Shown in pieces: positions 1 through 8,651 of a DNA stretch of 64,000 nucleotides; position 1 is the first letter of the stretch, and the number at the start of each line of letters is the position of its first letter. The notes under the pieces are model-generated. The model had not been told where the DNA came from. It saw only the letters and a program-made list of their open reading frames with translations, and did no database searches. The DNA is from Candidatus Woesearchaeota archaeon (GTDB lineage: Archaea; Nanobdellota; Nanobdellia; Woesearchaeales; JBJKQO01), in contig JBJKQO010000027.1 in assembly GCA_046705145.1 (NCBI GenBank), positions 14,852 through 78,851 of the forward strand. Reading direction: 5' to 3'. The position numbers and the translations under genes were made by a program.

Positions 1-43
1 AAGCCTCGCAGATTGATGCTGACCTTGTTTATGGCAAACTAGA

Positions 44-1057
44 TCAAAGCTTCTTCCCTACAGCTGCGCATATCGGCCTTAGCTCTTCGATCAGCTGCTT
101 CATGTTTTCGGGGTTGAGTGACTGCGCTCCGTCGCTTTTCGCGTGCTCAGGATCGTGGTGCATCTCTATTAGCAGGCCGTCTGCTCCGACTGCTGCTGAT
201 GCCTTTGCAAGGTCTGGGACAAGGTCCCTTCTTCCCGCAGCGTGGCTTGGGTCTACGATGACAGGAAGGTGCGTCTCTTTTTTCAGGAGCGCTACTGCTG
301 CGAGGTCAAGCGTGTTCCTGTATGCGGTCTCGAATGTCCTTATCCCCCTTTCGCATAGTATGACGTTCTTGTTGCCGTTCATCAGGACGTATTCTGCTGC
401 CATGATAAATTCCTTTATCGTAGCTGACATCCCTCTCTTGATGATCACTGGCTTATCTATCTTTCCCATCTCTTTTAGGAGGTCAAAGTTCTGCATGTTC
501 CTTGCTCCTACCCTTAATATGTCGACGTATTCTGCCGCTATCTGGACGTCTCTTACGTCCATGACTTCTGTCTCGACGAGCATGCTTGTCTTTTCCCTGA
601 CCTTTTTGAGTATCTTCAGGCCTTCTACCCCAAGTCCCTGGAATGAGTATGGGCTTGTCCTTGGCTTGAATGCTGATGCCCTCATTATCTTGATTCCCAT
701 GCTTTTTAGTATCTCTGCTGTCATCATCACCTGCTCTTCGTTTTCTATTGAGCATGGTCCTGCGACTATAGTGAACTCTCCGTTTCCGAATGTCACGTCT
801 CCTGCTTTGACTATGGTCTTTTCAGCATGGTGCTCTTTGCTTGCAAGCCTGTATGGCTTAAGCACTCTCATGACATTTTCGACGCATTCTACGGACTGCC
901 ATTTTTCGGGTTCGTCTTCGCTGACGTTGCCCCATACGTGGATGACAGAGCGTTCCACGCCTTCGAAGTTCACGGGCTTAAGCCCTTTTTCTTTCAGCTT
1001 GTCTTCTATCTTTCTTATGTCTTCCTTGCTTGTGTTTGGTTTAAGCACAATTATCAT
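44..1057 (-). CDS. 3-deoxy-7-phosphoheptulonate (DAHP) synthase, type I-beta, with an N-terminal ferredoxin-like regulatory extension
   Basis: 337 aa. KDO8P/DAHP-synthase TIM-barrel motifs (GPCSIE, KPRTSPYSFQG, DPSH), similar to Thermotoga/Pyrococcus-type AroG. Confidence 0.8.
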   Translation of the reverse strand: MIIVLKPNTSKEDIRKIEDKLKEKGLKPVNFEGVERSVIHVWGNVSEDEPEKWQSVECVENVMRVLKPYRLASKEHHAEKTIVKAGDVTFGNGEFTIVAGPCSIENEEQVMMTAEILKSMGIKIMRASAFKPRTSPYSFQGLGVEGLKILKKVREKTSMLVETEVMDVRDVQIAAEYVDILRVGARNMQNFDLLKEMGKIDKPVIIKRGMSATIKEFIMAAEYVLMNGNKNVILCERGIRTFETAYRNTLDLAAVALLKKETHLPVIVDPSHAAGRRDLVPDLAKASAAVGADGLLIEMHHDPEHAKSDGAQSLNPENMKQLIEELRPICAAVGKKL

Positions 1058-1331
1058 TTCTTACCACCTTTGTCTGTTTTAGTTGTTTATCGCTAAATCT
1101 TAAAGAACCTTTCGCCTTGGAATAGAATTTTAAGCTTTTTTGTGAAAAAAAGGCTCAAGATTTAGTCAATCCCAAGGCTTTATGCAAAATAAAAATAGAA
1201 GTATCTAAAATAAGCAGATCCAGAATCTTTCACGTTTTTCCCAGACGATGCTTTCATCATAGTAGATGGGAGTACAGCGGGATTTATAAAGTTTTTGATT
1301 TGATAGTCCATTGATCCCAAAAGAAGAAATG

Positions 1332-1703
1332 TCATTTTTCTATAAACATCACATTATCCTTGTTCTTGAATTCTTTGTCGCCTGTAACAAACCTTAATCC
1401 GTTTTTTGAAGCAAATATGTATCCGAAACAATCAAAAAATGATAGTTTTTGCTTCTTGTTTTCATGTTTAAAATCCATAGCATCTATCAAGATAGTAACA
1501 TCTGCCTTTTTTACAAATGGTTTCATCTTGTTATACCAGTACCTGGCCCATTCCCTGCCTGCCTCTTTTAAGAGTACCCAGTATAACTCAGATAGGGTCG
1601 TGTCAGGTATAGAAAACTCTGAATTGATCACTTGTGAATATTTTGGGTTTTTGTTGATTATTTCGATCAGCGCATAAGTATCAAGACAAAGCATTGTTAT
1701 CAC
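1332..1703 (-). CDS. vapC: PIN-domain ribonuclease toxin (VapC-like)
   Basis: 123 aa. N-terminal LDTYALIE acidic PIN motif. Sits 4 nt overlapped with, and downstream of, an AbrB-like gene. Confidence 0.65.
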   Translation of the reverse strand: MITMLCLDTYALIEIINKNPKYSQVINSEFSIPDTTLSELYWVLLKEAGREWARYWYNKMKPFVKKADVTILIDAMDFKHENKKQKLSFFDCFGYIFASKNGLRFVTGDKEFKNKDNVMFIEK

Positions 1704-1927
1704 TCGTATTTGCTTTGTAGCTCTTTTCTGAGCTCCTCGAATCTTTCTCGGGTTATTTTTCCTTTAGGCATCTGCCAGTCCCATAACTCTCGTAGGACAT
1801 TCTTGCTTTTCCTGTTGATCTCAATATTTATCTCTTCATTTTCTCCTAGTCTCATCTCATTCACCAGATCCTTTGGGATGATGATGCCTATTGAACTTCC
1901 CCATCTTCTTGTTTTACAGATAACCAT
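1700..1927 (-). CDS. vapB: AbrB/SpoVT (swapped-hairpin) family antitoxin (VapB-like)
   Basis: 75 aa. RRWGSSIGIIIPKDLV swapped-hairpin motif. Stop overlaps the start of the PIN gene. Confidence 0.6.
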   Translation of the reverse strand: MVICKTRRWGSSIGIIIPKDLVNEMRLGENEEINIEINRKSKNVLRELWDWQMPKGKITRERFEELRKELQSKYE

Positions 1928-2051
1928 TTATATAACCTATTATCTAATTAATTATATAATATGTATAACTAATATATAAATGTTACTAAGAAAAATAAAC
2001 CTCCCATTAATATGTCTTGCTAAGAAAAAATCGAAAAAGATCCGGCATATA

Positions 2052-3704
2052 CTATTTGGTTATTATACCCAAAAGCTCACTGACATTTATCTCAAATGCT
2101 GCTACAGGAAATGCAAGTTCCCATCTGGAAAGTACGTCCGGTGATATCTCGCCTATATATGCTATCTTTTTTCCTTTGACCTTTATCCTTGCTGACCTGC
2201 CAGGTATCATCGAGGGATGGTCCTCTTCGATCACATCGTACTCAAGCCCGAGCGAGCTCATAAGGTAGTCGAAAGCCTGCCTTATCTTTGTGTAGTCTGC
2301 TGATTCCTCGCATAGTGCTGCAGCCAGCCTTTCGTTCTCAAGTATGTTTGTCTCCTGGCTTTCATCTTTCTTGAAGACTGTCCCGAACCCGAATATGTTC
2401 TGAGGATAGTCGTTGTGGCGGTTGTTTCCGAGGACTTCAAGCATGTTTGGGATGACCCATGCTCTTAGCACATCATATTCTTTTGAGAGCGAGTTCTTGA
2501 GCCCTACGATGTCTGCCTTATAGTTCATCTTGTCAAGCTGGTTCTCCCTGCTTGTGAGGTTGTATGTGCAGCATTCTATCATGCCCATACCTATGAGTAT
2601 GCTTGCAATCTTTGACTTGAGTATCTCTATGCTGTCTTCCTGACCTATTGTCGCAACAGCTGGTATTATCTCTTCAAAGTTCTCATATCCGTATGCTATC
2701 GCGATGTCTTCTGCGAAGTCAATCTGGTGGATTATGTCTGCCCTGTATGCCGGGACAAGGACGTTTCCTTCCTTGTATCCATAGCCCATCCTTTCAAGAA
2801 GCTCTTTTGCCTGCGTCTTGTTGAGGTTAAGCCCCAGTATCTTGTTTATGTAGTCAAGGTCAAGCTTTATCTCTTCAGGATCAAGGTTTGGTGTTGTTTG
2901 CTTTCCATCTGGGTACTCAAGTGTCATCGAGTATATCTTTCCGCCCATGTCTGCAAAAGCTGTGACTATTATGTTCAGGCATTTCTTAAGGACCTCAAAA
3001 TCATATCCTGAGCATTCTATGAAGACGTCAGTCGTGCTTTCTGTTATCTTTCCTGTCATGTGTGAGTTTATTATAGGCGGGACTGAAAGCACGTTGTCAT
3101 CCGCGTCTATAAATACTGCAAGCTTGTCAAGGCCTTCGACCAGGTGGGCGTATTCCTTTCCTGTCGGGTGGCGCGCAAGTATCTGTGCGGCGTTTATCTC
3201 CTCGTGCCATTCAAGCGGCCGAAAGACTATGTCTTCTGGCTTTTTTGCAAGAAACCTTATCGGAGGCTTGATCTTCTCGAAAGGGTATATGCCTATCGCT
3301 GCCTTCTTCCTGTTCCTTCCGTACGTCACGTGGAGCTTTTCCTGTATCTGGATGGCTTCTTTTATCTTCTCATCATCAAATTTCATTCCCTTGACTATGG
3401 CGCATGCAGTGTATGGCCTTACTGTCTTAAGGGACTTGTCGATTATGACTTTTTCTTTTGAGTCCTCTACCTTGTAGTGCCTGAGTCCTGTCTTCTCGCC
3501 GATAAATGATGAGAATGCTCTGGCAAATCCCTGGAGGGAAAGCATGTCAGGCCTGTTCGGGAATATCTCTACGTTTATCTCATTTCCTTCTATCGAGTCA
3601 AGGTCTGTTCCCATCATCGATATCCTGTCTTTTAGCTTTTCTAGCGGAAGCTTTTTTCCGACATATGATTCAAATTCCTCTTTGCTTACTTTTATCGTTG
3701 GCAT
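2052..3704 (-). CDS. pheT: phenylalanine--tRNA ligase beta subunit (archaeal type)
   Basis: 550 aa, the usual archaeal PheT length, with B3/B4 and class-II core-like regions. Lies directly downstream of pheS. Confidence 0.9.
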   Translation of the reverse strand: MPTIKVSKEEFESYVGKKLPLEKLKDRISMMGTDLDSIEGNEINVEIFPNRPDMLSLQGFARAFSSFIGEKTGLRHYKVEDSKEKVIIDKSLKTVRPYTACAIVKGMKFDDEKIKEAIQIQEKLHVTYGRNRKKAAIGIYPFEKIKPPIRFLAKKPEDIVFRPLEWHEEINAAQILARHPTGKEYAHLVEGLDKLAVFIDADDNVLSVPPIINSHMTGKITESTTDVFIECSGYDFEVLKKCLNIIVTAFADMGGKIYSMTLEYPDGKQTTPNLDPEEIKLDLDYINKILGLNLNKTQAKELLERMGYGYKEGNVLVPAYRADIIHQIDFAEDIAIAYGYENFEEIIPAVATIGQEDSIEILKSKIASILIGMGMIECCTYNLTSRENQLDKMNYKADIVGLKNSLSKEYDVLRAWVIPNMLEVLGNNRHNDYPQNIFGFGTVFKKDESQETNILENERLAAALCEESADYTKIRQAFDYLMSSLGLEYDVIEEDHPSMIPGRSARIKVKGKKIAYIGEISPDVLSRWELAFPVAAFEINVSELLGIITK

Positions 3705-3761
3705 TTTTGATCATCATTGGTTATATTTCAAATGAGGGTCTATGTTTAGCCCTCTTATCTT

Positions 3762-3887
3762 ATAGAAAATTTCTGTCGAAATTTTCTATTCCAAAAATTG
3801 GCTAACAAGATTAGCAAGCCGTAAAACTCCGACCTTTAGGTCGGAGTTAGGCGAGCAAATATTGGTAATTAGCCAATTTTTGTTATC
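3762..3887 (-). repeat. Family-1 nested-palindrome element, copy A (inverted relative to copies B and C)
   Basis: Reverse complement is about 96% identical over ~107 nt to copy C at 56194-56346. Outer 13-bp inverted repeat AAAAATTGGCTAA/TTAGCCAATTTTT, inner hairpin CTCCGACC-TAAA-GGTCGGAG, tail ATAGAAAATTTC..GAAATTTTCTAT. Lies in the pheS-pheT intercistronic gap. Confidence 0.7.
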
Positions 3888-5428
3888 CCTTCCATCCATG
3901 TCTTTACTGTCCTTAGTGTTTTCAGGTCGTTGTTGTATATCTGCCTGATATCGTTGAACTTGTAATAGGACATCATTATCCTTTCCATGCCCTGCCCCCA
4001 TGCAAGCACAGGAACTGCTTTTCCAAGCAGCGGCTCGACGACTTCCGGACGAAATATCCCTGATCCTCCAAGCTCTACCCATGTGTTGCTGACAGGGTGA
4101 AGGACGTCAACTTCCATGGAAGGCTCTGTATATGGGAAATGTGCTGGTCTCATCCTGACATCCTTGTAGCCCATCTTCAGGTAGAACTCCTTCAGGTATC
4201 CTTTCAGGTGCTTCAGGTTTGCGTCAGGATCTACAACTATCCCTTCGACCTGCACGAACTCGAAAAGGTGTTTCCATGACAAGGTCTCGTTCCTGTATAC
4301 CTTGTTGACTGAGAAGAACTTTGCAGGAAGGTCAGATTCCTTTAGCTTTGATATCGCCTGGGCTGACAGCACTGTCGTGTGGGTCCTGAGGAGGTTTTCT
4401 TTTGCGACGTTCTCATCCCACTTGTAGCGCCAGCCTTTGCTTCCTGTGTTTCCGCCTGCCTCGTGTGTTGCCTTCACCTTGTTTTTCAGGGGCATCGGAA
4501 GTTTTCCGCAGCTTGGATCGTCTATGTAGAACGTGTCCTGCATGTCCCTTGCAGGGTGGTCCTGGGGCACGAACAGGCTGTCAAGGTCCCAGAAGGCTGT
4601 CTGGACCATTGTGCCTGTCATCTCTGTGAATCCCATCTCAAGCCATATCTTCTTTATGTATTCTATGGACTGGTTGACAAAGTGCCTTCTTCCGCCGTAT
4701 ATCTTAGGCACGTTGATCTTTACATCATATCTTCTGAAGCTCTTGCCTTTCCATGAGCCGCTCTTGAGCATCTCAGGAGTGAGCTTTTCAAGGACGTTTT
4801 CTGATGATACTTTCTTTTTTGAAAGCCTCTTTCCAAGGTCTGTCGGGACAAGCGTCCTTTCCTTTGTGAGGGCTATCTTGATCATCTCTTTTCTTTTTTT
4901 CAGATTGTCAAGAGCGAGCTTTTCAAGGTCTTTGATGTCAGATATGCTTGCTGCTGACTTCTCAAGCCTCTTTAGCAGGTCCTCTTCAGGTGTGTTCTTT
5001 TGAAGCAGCTTTTTGCCCTGATCGGTTATCGCGACCATCCCTTTTTCAAGGCTTATCGCCATCTTCCCTTTCAGCATGCCAAGAGAAGCGTTAAACTCCG
5101 TGTTTTCAAGCTTTGTCTTCTGGAGAAGGTCTTTTATCGTGAAATCTCCTTTCTCAAGCGCCTTTAGCATCTTTCTTTCAGGAAGGCCTTCTTTTGCGTA
5201 TTCCTTTCCGTTCTTGTCCAGGGAAACCTTTTCTGCCTCCTCAGACTCTATCTTCAGAAGCCCTTTGTTCTCAAGCCACTGCGCACCGCGCATAGCTTCA
5301 ATAGGCTTTAGCCCTGACTTCTTGCATGCCTCATCAAAGGAGATGTCTGAAGCAAGAAGAGGAAGCAGCTTTCGCTCATAATTGCTGAGCGATTCCAGTA
5401 GCCTTTGCTCATCTGTCGTTTGCGCCAT
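3869..5428 (-). CDS. pheS: phenylalanine--tRNA ligase alpha subunit (archaeal type)
   Basis: 519 aa. Class-II aaRS catalytic-core motifs (FRPE, HPARDMQDTFY, GxGxER). The last four codons (TKIG) and the stop are encoded by the terminal inverted repeat of the family-1 element. Confidence 0.9.
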   Translation of the reverse strand: MAQTTDEQRLLESLSNYERKLLPLLASDISFDEACKKSGLKPIEAMRGAQWLENKGLLKIESEEAEKVSLDKNGKEYAKEGLPERKMLKALEKGDFTIKDLLQKTKLENTEFNASLGMLKGKMAISLEKGMVAITDQGKKLLQKNTPEEDLLKRLEKSAASISDIKDLEKLALDNLKKRKEMIKIALTKERTLVPTDLGKRLSKKKVSSENVLEKLTPEMLKSGSWKGKSFRRYDVKINVPKIYGGRRHFVNQSIEYIKKIWLEMGFTEMTGTMVQTAFWDLDSLFVPQDHPARDMQDTFYIDDPSCGKLPMPLKNKVKATHEAGGNTGSKGWRYKWDENVAKENLLRTHTTVLSAQAISKLKESDLPAKFFSVNKVYRNETLSWKHLFEFVQVEGIVVDPDANLKHLKGYLKEFYLKMGYKDVRMRPAHFPYTEPSMEVDVLHPVSNTWVELGGSGIFRPEVVEPLLGKAVPVLAWGQGMERIMMSYYKFNDIRQIYNNDLKTLRTVKTWMEGITKIG

Positions 5429-5534
5429 CTAGACCATCTGAAAAATATCTCATTATATATAGTTATTGGTTGGGTGGGTTACAAATTAATGTTTGGGTCT
5501 TTTCTGTTTAGAGTGGTTTAGCGAGCTATTTGTA

Positions 5535-6188
5535 TCACTTAGCAAGAACCTCCCCTGAATAAGGTATCGCTAATTCCTTAAGTCTCATATCTAAAGATGT
5601 ATACAAGCGTGGATCTGGTTCTGCTTCAACCAAAAGCCCTATAGGTTCTTTACCGCTTCTACCATTTATCAAAGGTATCCTTTGGGATGCAACAACCCCC
5701 CTTATAGGATAAGCACCTGAAGAACCCCCTCCATCCCCTCTGAGATAAAAACCATCCTGCAACCTATCTACTAGTTTAGCTAATCCCTTTACTCTTAATC
5801 TACTAAAGAGAGGATCCGTGACTATCCCTTCCATCAACCCATACATTTTTCCTTGAACGGGGCCGTTTTTAAGAGATTTAAGGTCGGATAATGCATCAAT
5901 AAACAGCGCATATGCAAAAGGAAATTCAGGATCGAAATTAGTTTGCAGGACAAATCCTGCTTTAGTTAAGTCTTCATGAACTACAACTAACTCCACAGGG
6001 GTTCTTCCTGAAGTAATAACATCAGCTGCGTTTAATCTTAAATATTTTCCTTTTGGAGTTTTTCCCGTCCTTCCTTGCCCACCATAAGTCACAACAAGAC
6101 CCTGTATTCGTTCCATCAAAAGCGATCTTAATTTTTCTACATCTTTTGATAAATTGTCAGATTTGCTATCTCCCATCCTTTCTCTCAC
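5535..6188 (-). CDS. hypothetical protein (no recognisable domain; no cysteines; atypical codon usage)
   Basis: 217-aa ORF with clean boundaries. Pro and Gly codons CCC/CCT/GGA are used far more than in neighbouring genes. Unique intergenic DNA on both sides. Confidence 0.45.
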   Translation of the reverse strand: MRERMGDSKSDNLSKDVEKLRSLLMERIQGLVVTYGGQGRTGKTPKGKYLRLNAADVITSGRTPVELVVVHEDLTKAGFVLQTNFDPEFPFAYALFIDALSDLKSLKNGPVQGKMYGLMEGIVTDPLFSRLRVKGLAKLVDRLQDGFYLRGDGGGSSGAYPIRGVVASQRIPLINGRSGKEPIGLLVEAEPDPRLYTSLDMRLKELAIPYSGEVLAK

Positions 6189-6433
6189 CTTTGTCGTTGT
6201 TTGTTTTGTCTTCTTGGTATGGCTCCTTCTACCTGGTCCGTGTCCTTGAGTTTGGGAGGTCAGAATTCATCTTTGTCTTGATCGATGTCTTCAGTGACCC
6301 CGGAGAAACTCAAGGATTCACTGATAAAAAAAGTAGAAGTAACCAAAAAATCTAAAGCTGTCACTGCCTTTTATTGCTGTCATGTTGTTCTTTGGCAATG
6401 ATCTCATGAGAAATTGGGAATCAGGGGGTATAT

Positions 6434-8413
6434 TTAAACTTTTTGATTGTCAAAACCAAGCAGTTTAGCTGCAAGCTGGATAAAATCAAGCTTGAAGAAA
6501 TTTATATCCCCAAAAGGGATTATTATATGTACTGGCCGGCCAAGCATATTTTCAGATATGCACCTCTTGCAATGATTAAAATTGTTTTGGGCCTCTGCAT
6601 AATCCTTACAGGCAGAGATCACAATCCTATCAGTCTTTGTAGATATTGAAAAAAACACATTAGGATTTGTGGCCTTGTGAGGGTGGCCTTCATCCTCACC
6701 TGAGGGAATAGTCTGCCTGTACCTGCTAAAGACTAGCAGGTCCATCCCTATCTTCCAAAAGTCAGGAAAATTGACAACCTTTAAAACACCATTATCAATA
6801 AGCCTCTTTCTCAGCTTGCATATTGTCGGAACTGAAACAACCATCCTTTTTGCCAGTTCTGCGACAGTCGCATCAGGATATTTCATAAGTCCATATACCA
6901 ACTTTTTTTCCATCTGGCTTAAAACTATAGCCTTATGCTCTGGCTCAGCCGGCTTTTGATATTTAACATCCAACTCAAATCTTTTAGCAAGGATCCCTGC
7001 AAAGTTGAAAAAATTGCAAAAAATACTATTGTCAGAAGGAAAGTGAATCACATCATGATCCTCAAACCTGATTTTTTGCTTATGCATGATTTCTTCATAG
7101 ATATCATGGCTCTTTTTGAAATCAGACAGATTCTTTGATATCACAAAAGAAAAAAAATCCTGGCTTGATGAAACAAAATAAACTTTTTCAGGAGAGGACT
7201 TGACCTTTTCAAACATTTTTTCATGAAAACTTAACGGTATCTCCCCTTTTCCAGCCGTATCGATATATCCTAGCTTGCCATAGGTAAAACTAAAAAGGTC
7301 GCAGCCTATGATGTCAAATCTTGGCACGTATCTTGTCTTGTAGTATCCTTCGCTCTTGAGCTTGTTCTTTATGGAATTGACCGTTGTCTTCCTAAGGCCT
7401 ATCTTTTCAGCCAGCTCCTTTACGCTAAGATGGGGATACCTGACAAGCCCATAAAATGCAAGCTTCTCTTTTTTTGTAAGGTTAATCCTCTTTTCATCTA
7501 TCCTTTTTAGCTTAAGGTCAAGCTTTTTTGCGTATTCCTGAAGCTGAAGATTAAGCTTTTTTATCTCCTGCGTCTTTCTTTCAACCTCAACCTCTATCAG
7601 TTTTCTTGAGTCGTTGAGCGCCTGATCATCCCTCTTTTTCTCAGTCACATCCCTTATTATAGCGACAAAAGAAAGGGGTTTTCCTGATATGTCTTTCACA
7701 AGTCCTACTGAAAGTTCACATGGGATCTCTTTTCCGTCCCTTCTGAGCAGGTTTAACTCGATCTTTTGGCTCTTGCCTGTGTCTGATATATGTTTCATGC
7801 TTTCTCTGACTTTCTTGTGGTTTTTTAATGAAACGAACCTAAAGCAGCTCATGCCCACAAGATTTGTCCCTTCTTCAAAACCATGCAGCTCAACAAGCTC
7901 CTTATTGTGAGAAGTAATCTTTCCATCGGTCGCCACAACAGCTATCGCGTCAGGTGAGAACTCAAATATGTTCCTTATCTTTTCATTTTTGCTGTGAAGG
8001 GCTTCATTGACCTTCTTTAGTTCGCTTATGTCAGTTATGACTGCAAAGCTTCCTTGAAAGTTTTCGCCATTGCCAAATATTGGGCTTGGTGACATCAGGG
8101 TGTATAGGTTTTCGCCGTTCTTTTTTTTCCATGTCAGCTCATAAGGTGAAGCTATGCTTTTTTTCCTTAGTTCCATCTGGTCAAGGTAAATCTTCTTATT
8201 TTCCTTTTCAAGAAAATCGGTCGCTTTCCTCCCTATGATCTCGTCCCTGGAGTAGCCAAACAGCTCTATGACCCTGTCATTGACATAAGTAAGGATCCTG
8301 TTCCGGTCTACTATCCCAAAACCTTCTCTCATCGTATGGATGAGGTCGCTAAATGGAATATCATCTATCCCTAACATGTCTTTTTCGGTTTTAGTTTTTT
8401 TTTCTTTTTTCAT
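6434..8413 (-). CDS. PAS-PAS sensor fused to a coiled coil and two winged-HTH DNA-binding modules (transcriptional regulator)
   Basis: 659 aa. Two PAS S-box-like regions (residues ~20-130 and ~150-260), a Lys/Glu-rich coiled coil, then two repeats of an HTH motif (KEKLAFYGLVRYPHLSVKELAEKIGLRKTTV and MEKKLVYGLMKYPDATVAELAKRMVVSVPTI). Confidence 0.6.
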   Translation of the reverse strand: MKKEKKTKTEKDMLGIDDIPFSDLIHTMREGFGIVDRNRILTYVNDRVIELFGYSRDEIIGRKATDFLEKENKKIYLDQMELRKKSIASPYELTWKKKNGENLYTLMSPSPIFGNGENFQGSFAVITDISELKKVNEALHSKNEKIRNIFEFSPDAIAVVATDGKITSHNKELVELHGFEEGTNLVGMSCFRFVSLKNHKKVRESMKHISDTGKSQKIELNLLRRDGKEIPCELSVGLVKDISGKPLSFVAIIRDVTEKKRDDQALNDSRKLIEVEVERKTQEIKKLNLQLQEYAKKLDLKLKRIDEKRINLTKKEKLAFYGLVRYPHLSVKELAEKIGLRKTTVNSIKNKLKSEGYYKTRYVPRFDIIGCDLFSFTYGKLGYIDTAGKGEIPLSFHEKMFEKVKSSPEKVYFVSSSQDFFSFVISKNLSDFKKSHDIYEEIMHKQKIRFEDHDVIHFPSDNSIFCNFFNFAGILAKRFELDVKYQKPAEPEHKAIVLSQMEKKLVYGLMKYPDATVAELAKRMVVSVPTICKLRKRLIDNGVLKVVNFPDFWKIGMDLLVFSRYRQTIPSGEDEGHPHKATNPNVFFSISTKTDRIVISACKDYAEAQNNFNHCKRCISENMLGRPVHIIIPFGDINFFKLDFIQLAAKLLGFDNQKV

Positions 8414-8565
8414 CTCCTACCTTTAAGTGATACTAAAAAAGTAATGGTTTGTTTTTATGAATAAACAAAAAAAGACCATATTTTATCTATTAGGAAGTTC
8501 AGGCTTAAATAATTTTCTAAAAAAGTTTAGTAAAATCCAAAAATATCAAAAAAAATGAATAATAG

Positions 8566-8582
8566 AAAACTATTTAAATATG
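8566..8582 (+). promoter_or_regulatory. candidate archaeal TATA-box/BRE upstream of the MCP gene
   Basis: AT-rich CTATTTAAATATG about 70 nt upstream of the ATG at 8652. A GGTGG ribosome-binding site lies 7 nt upstream of that ATG. Confidence 0.3.
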
Positions 8583-8651
8583 GGTTCCCGTAAATAATAC
8601 GGTAGGTCAATTGTAATTTATTTTGATTTGAAAAAAAAGAGGTGGGCACAG

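Noticed and set aside
102-1082. 326-aa plus-strand ORF
   Set aside because: Entirely antisense to the well-supported DAHP synthase gene. Low-complexity Ser/Phe/Leu-rich translation typical of a shadow ORF.
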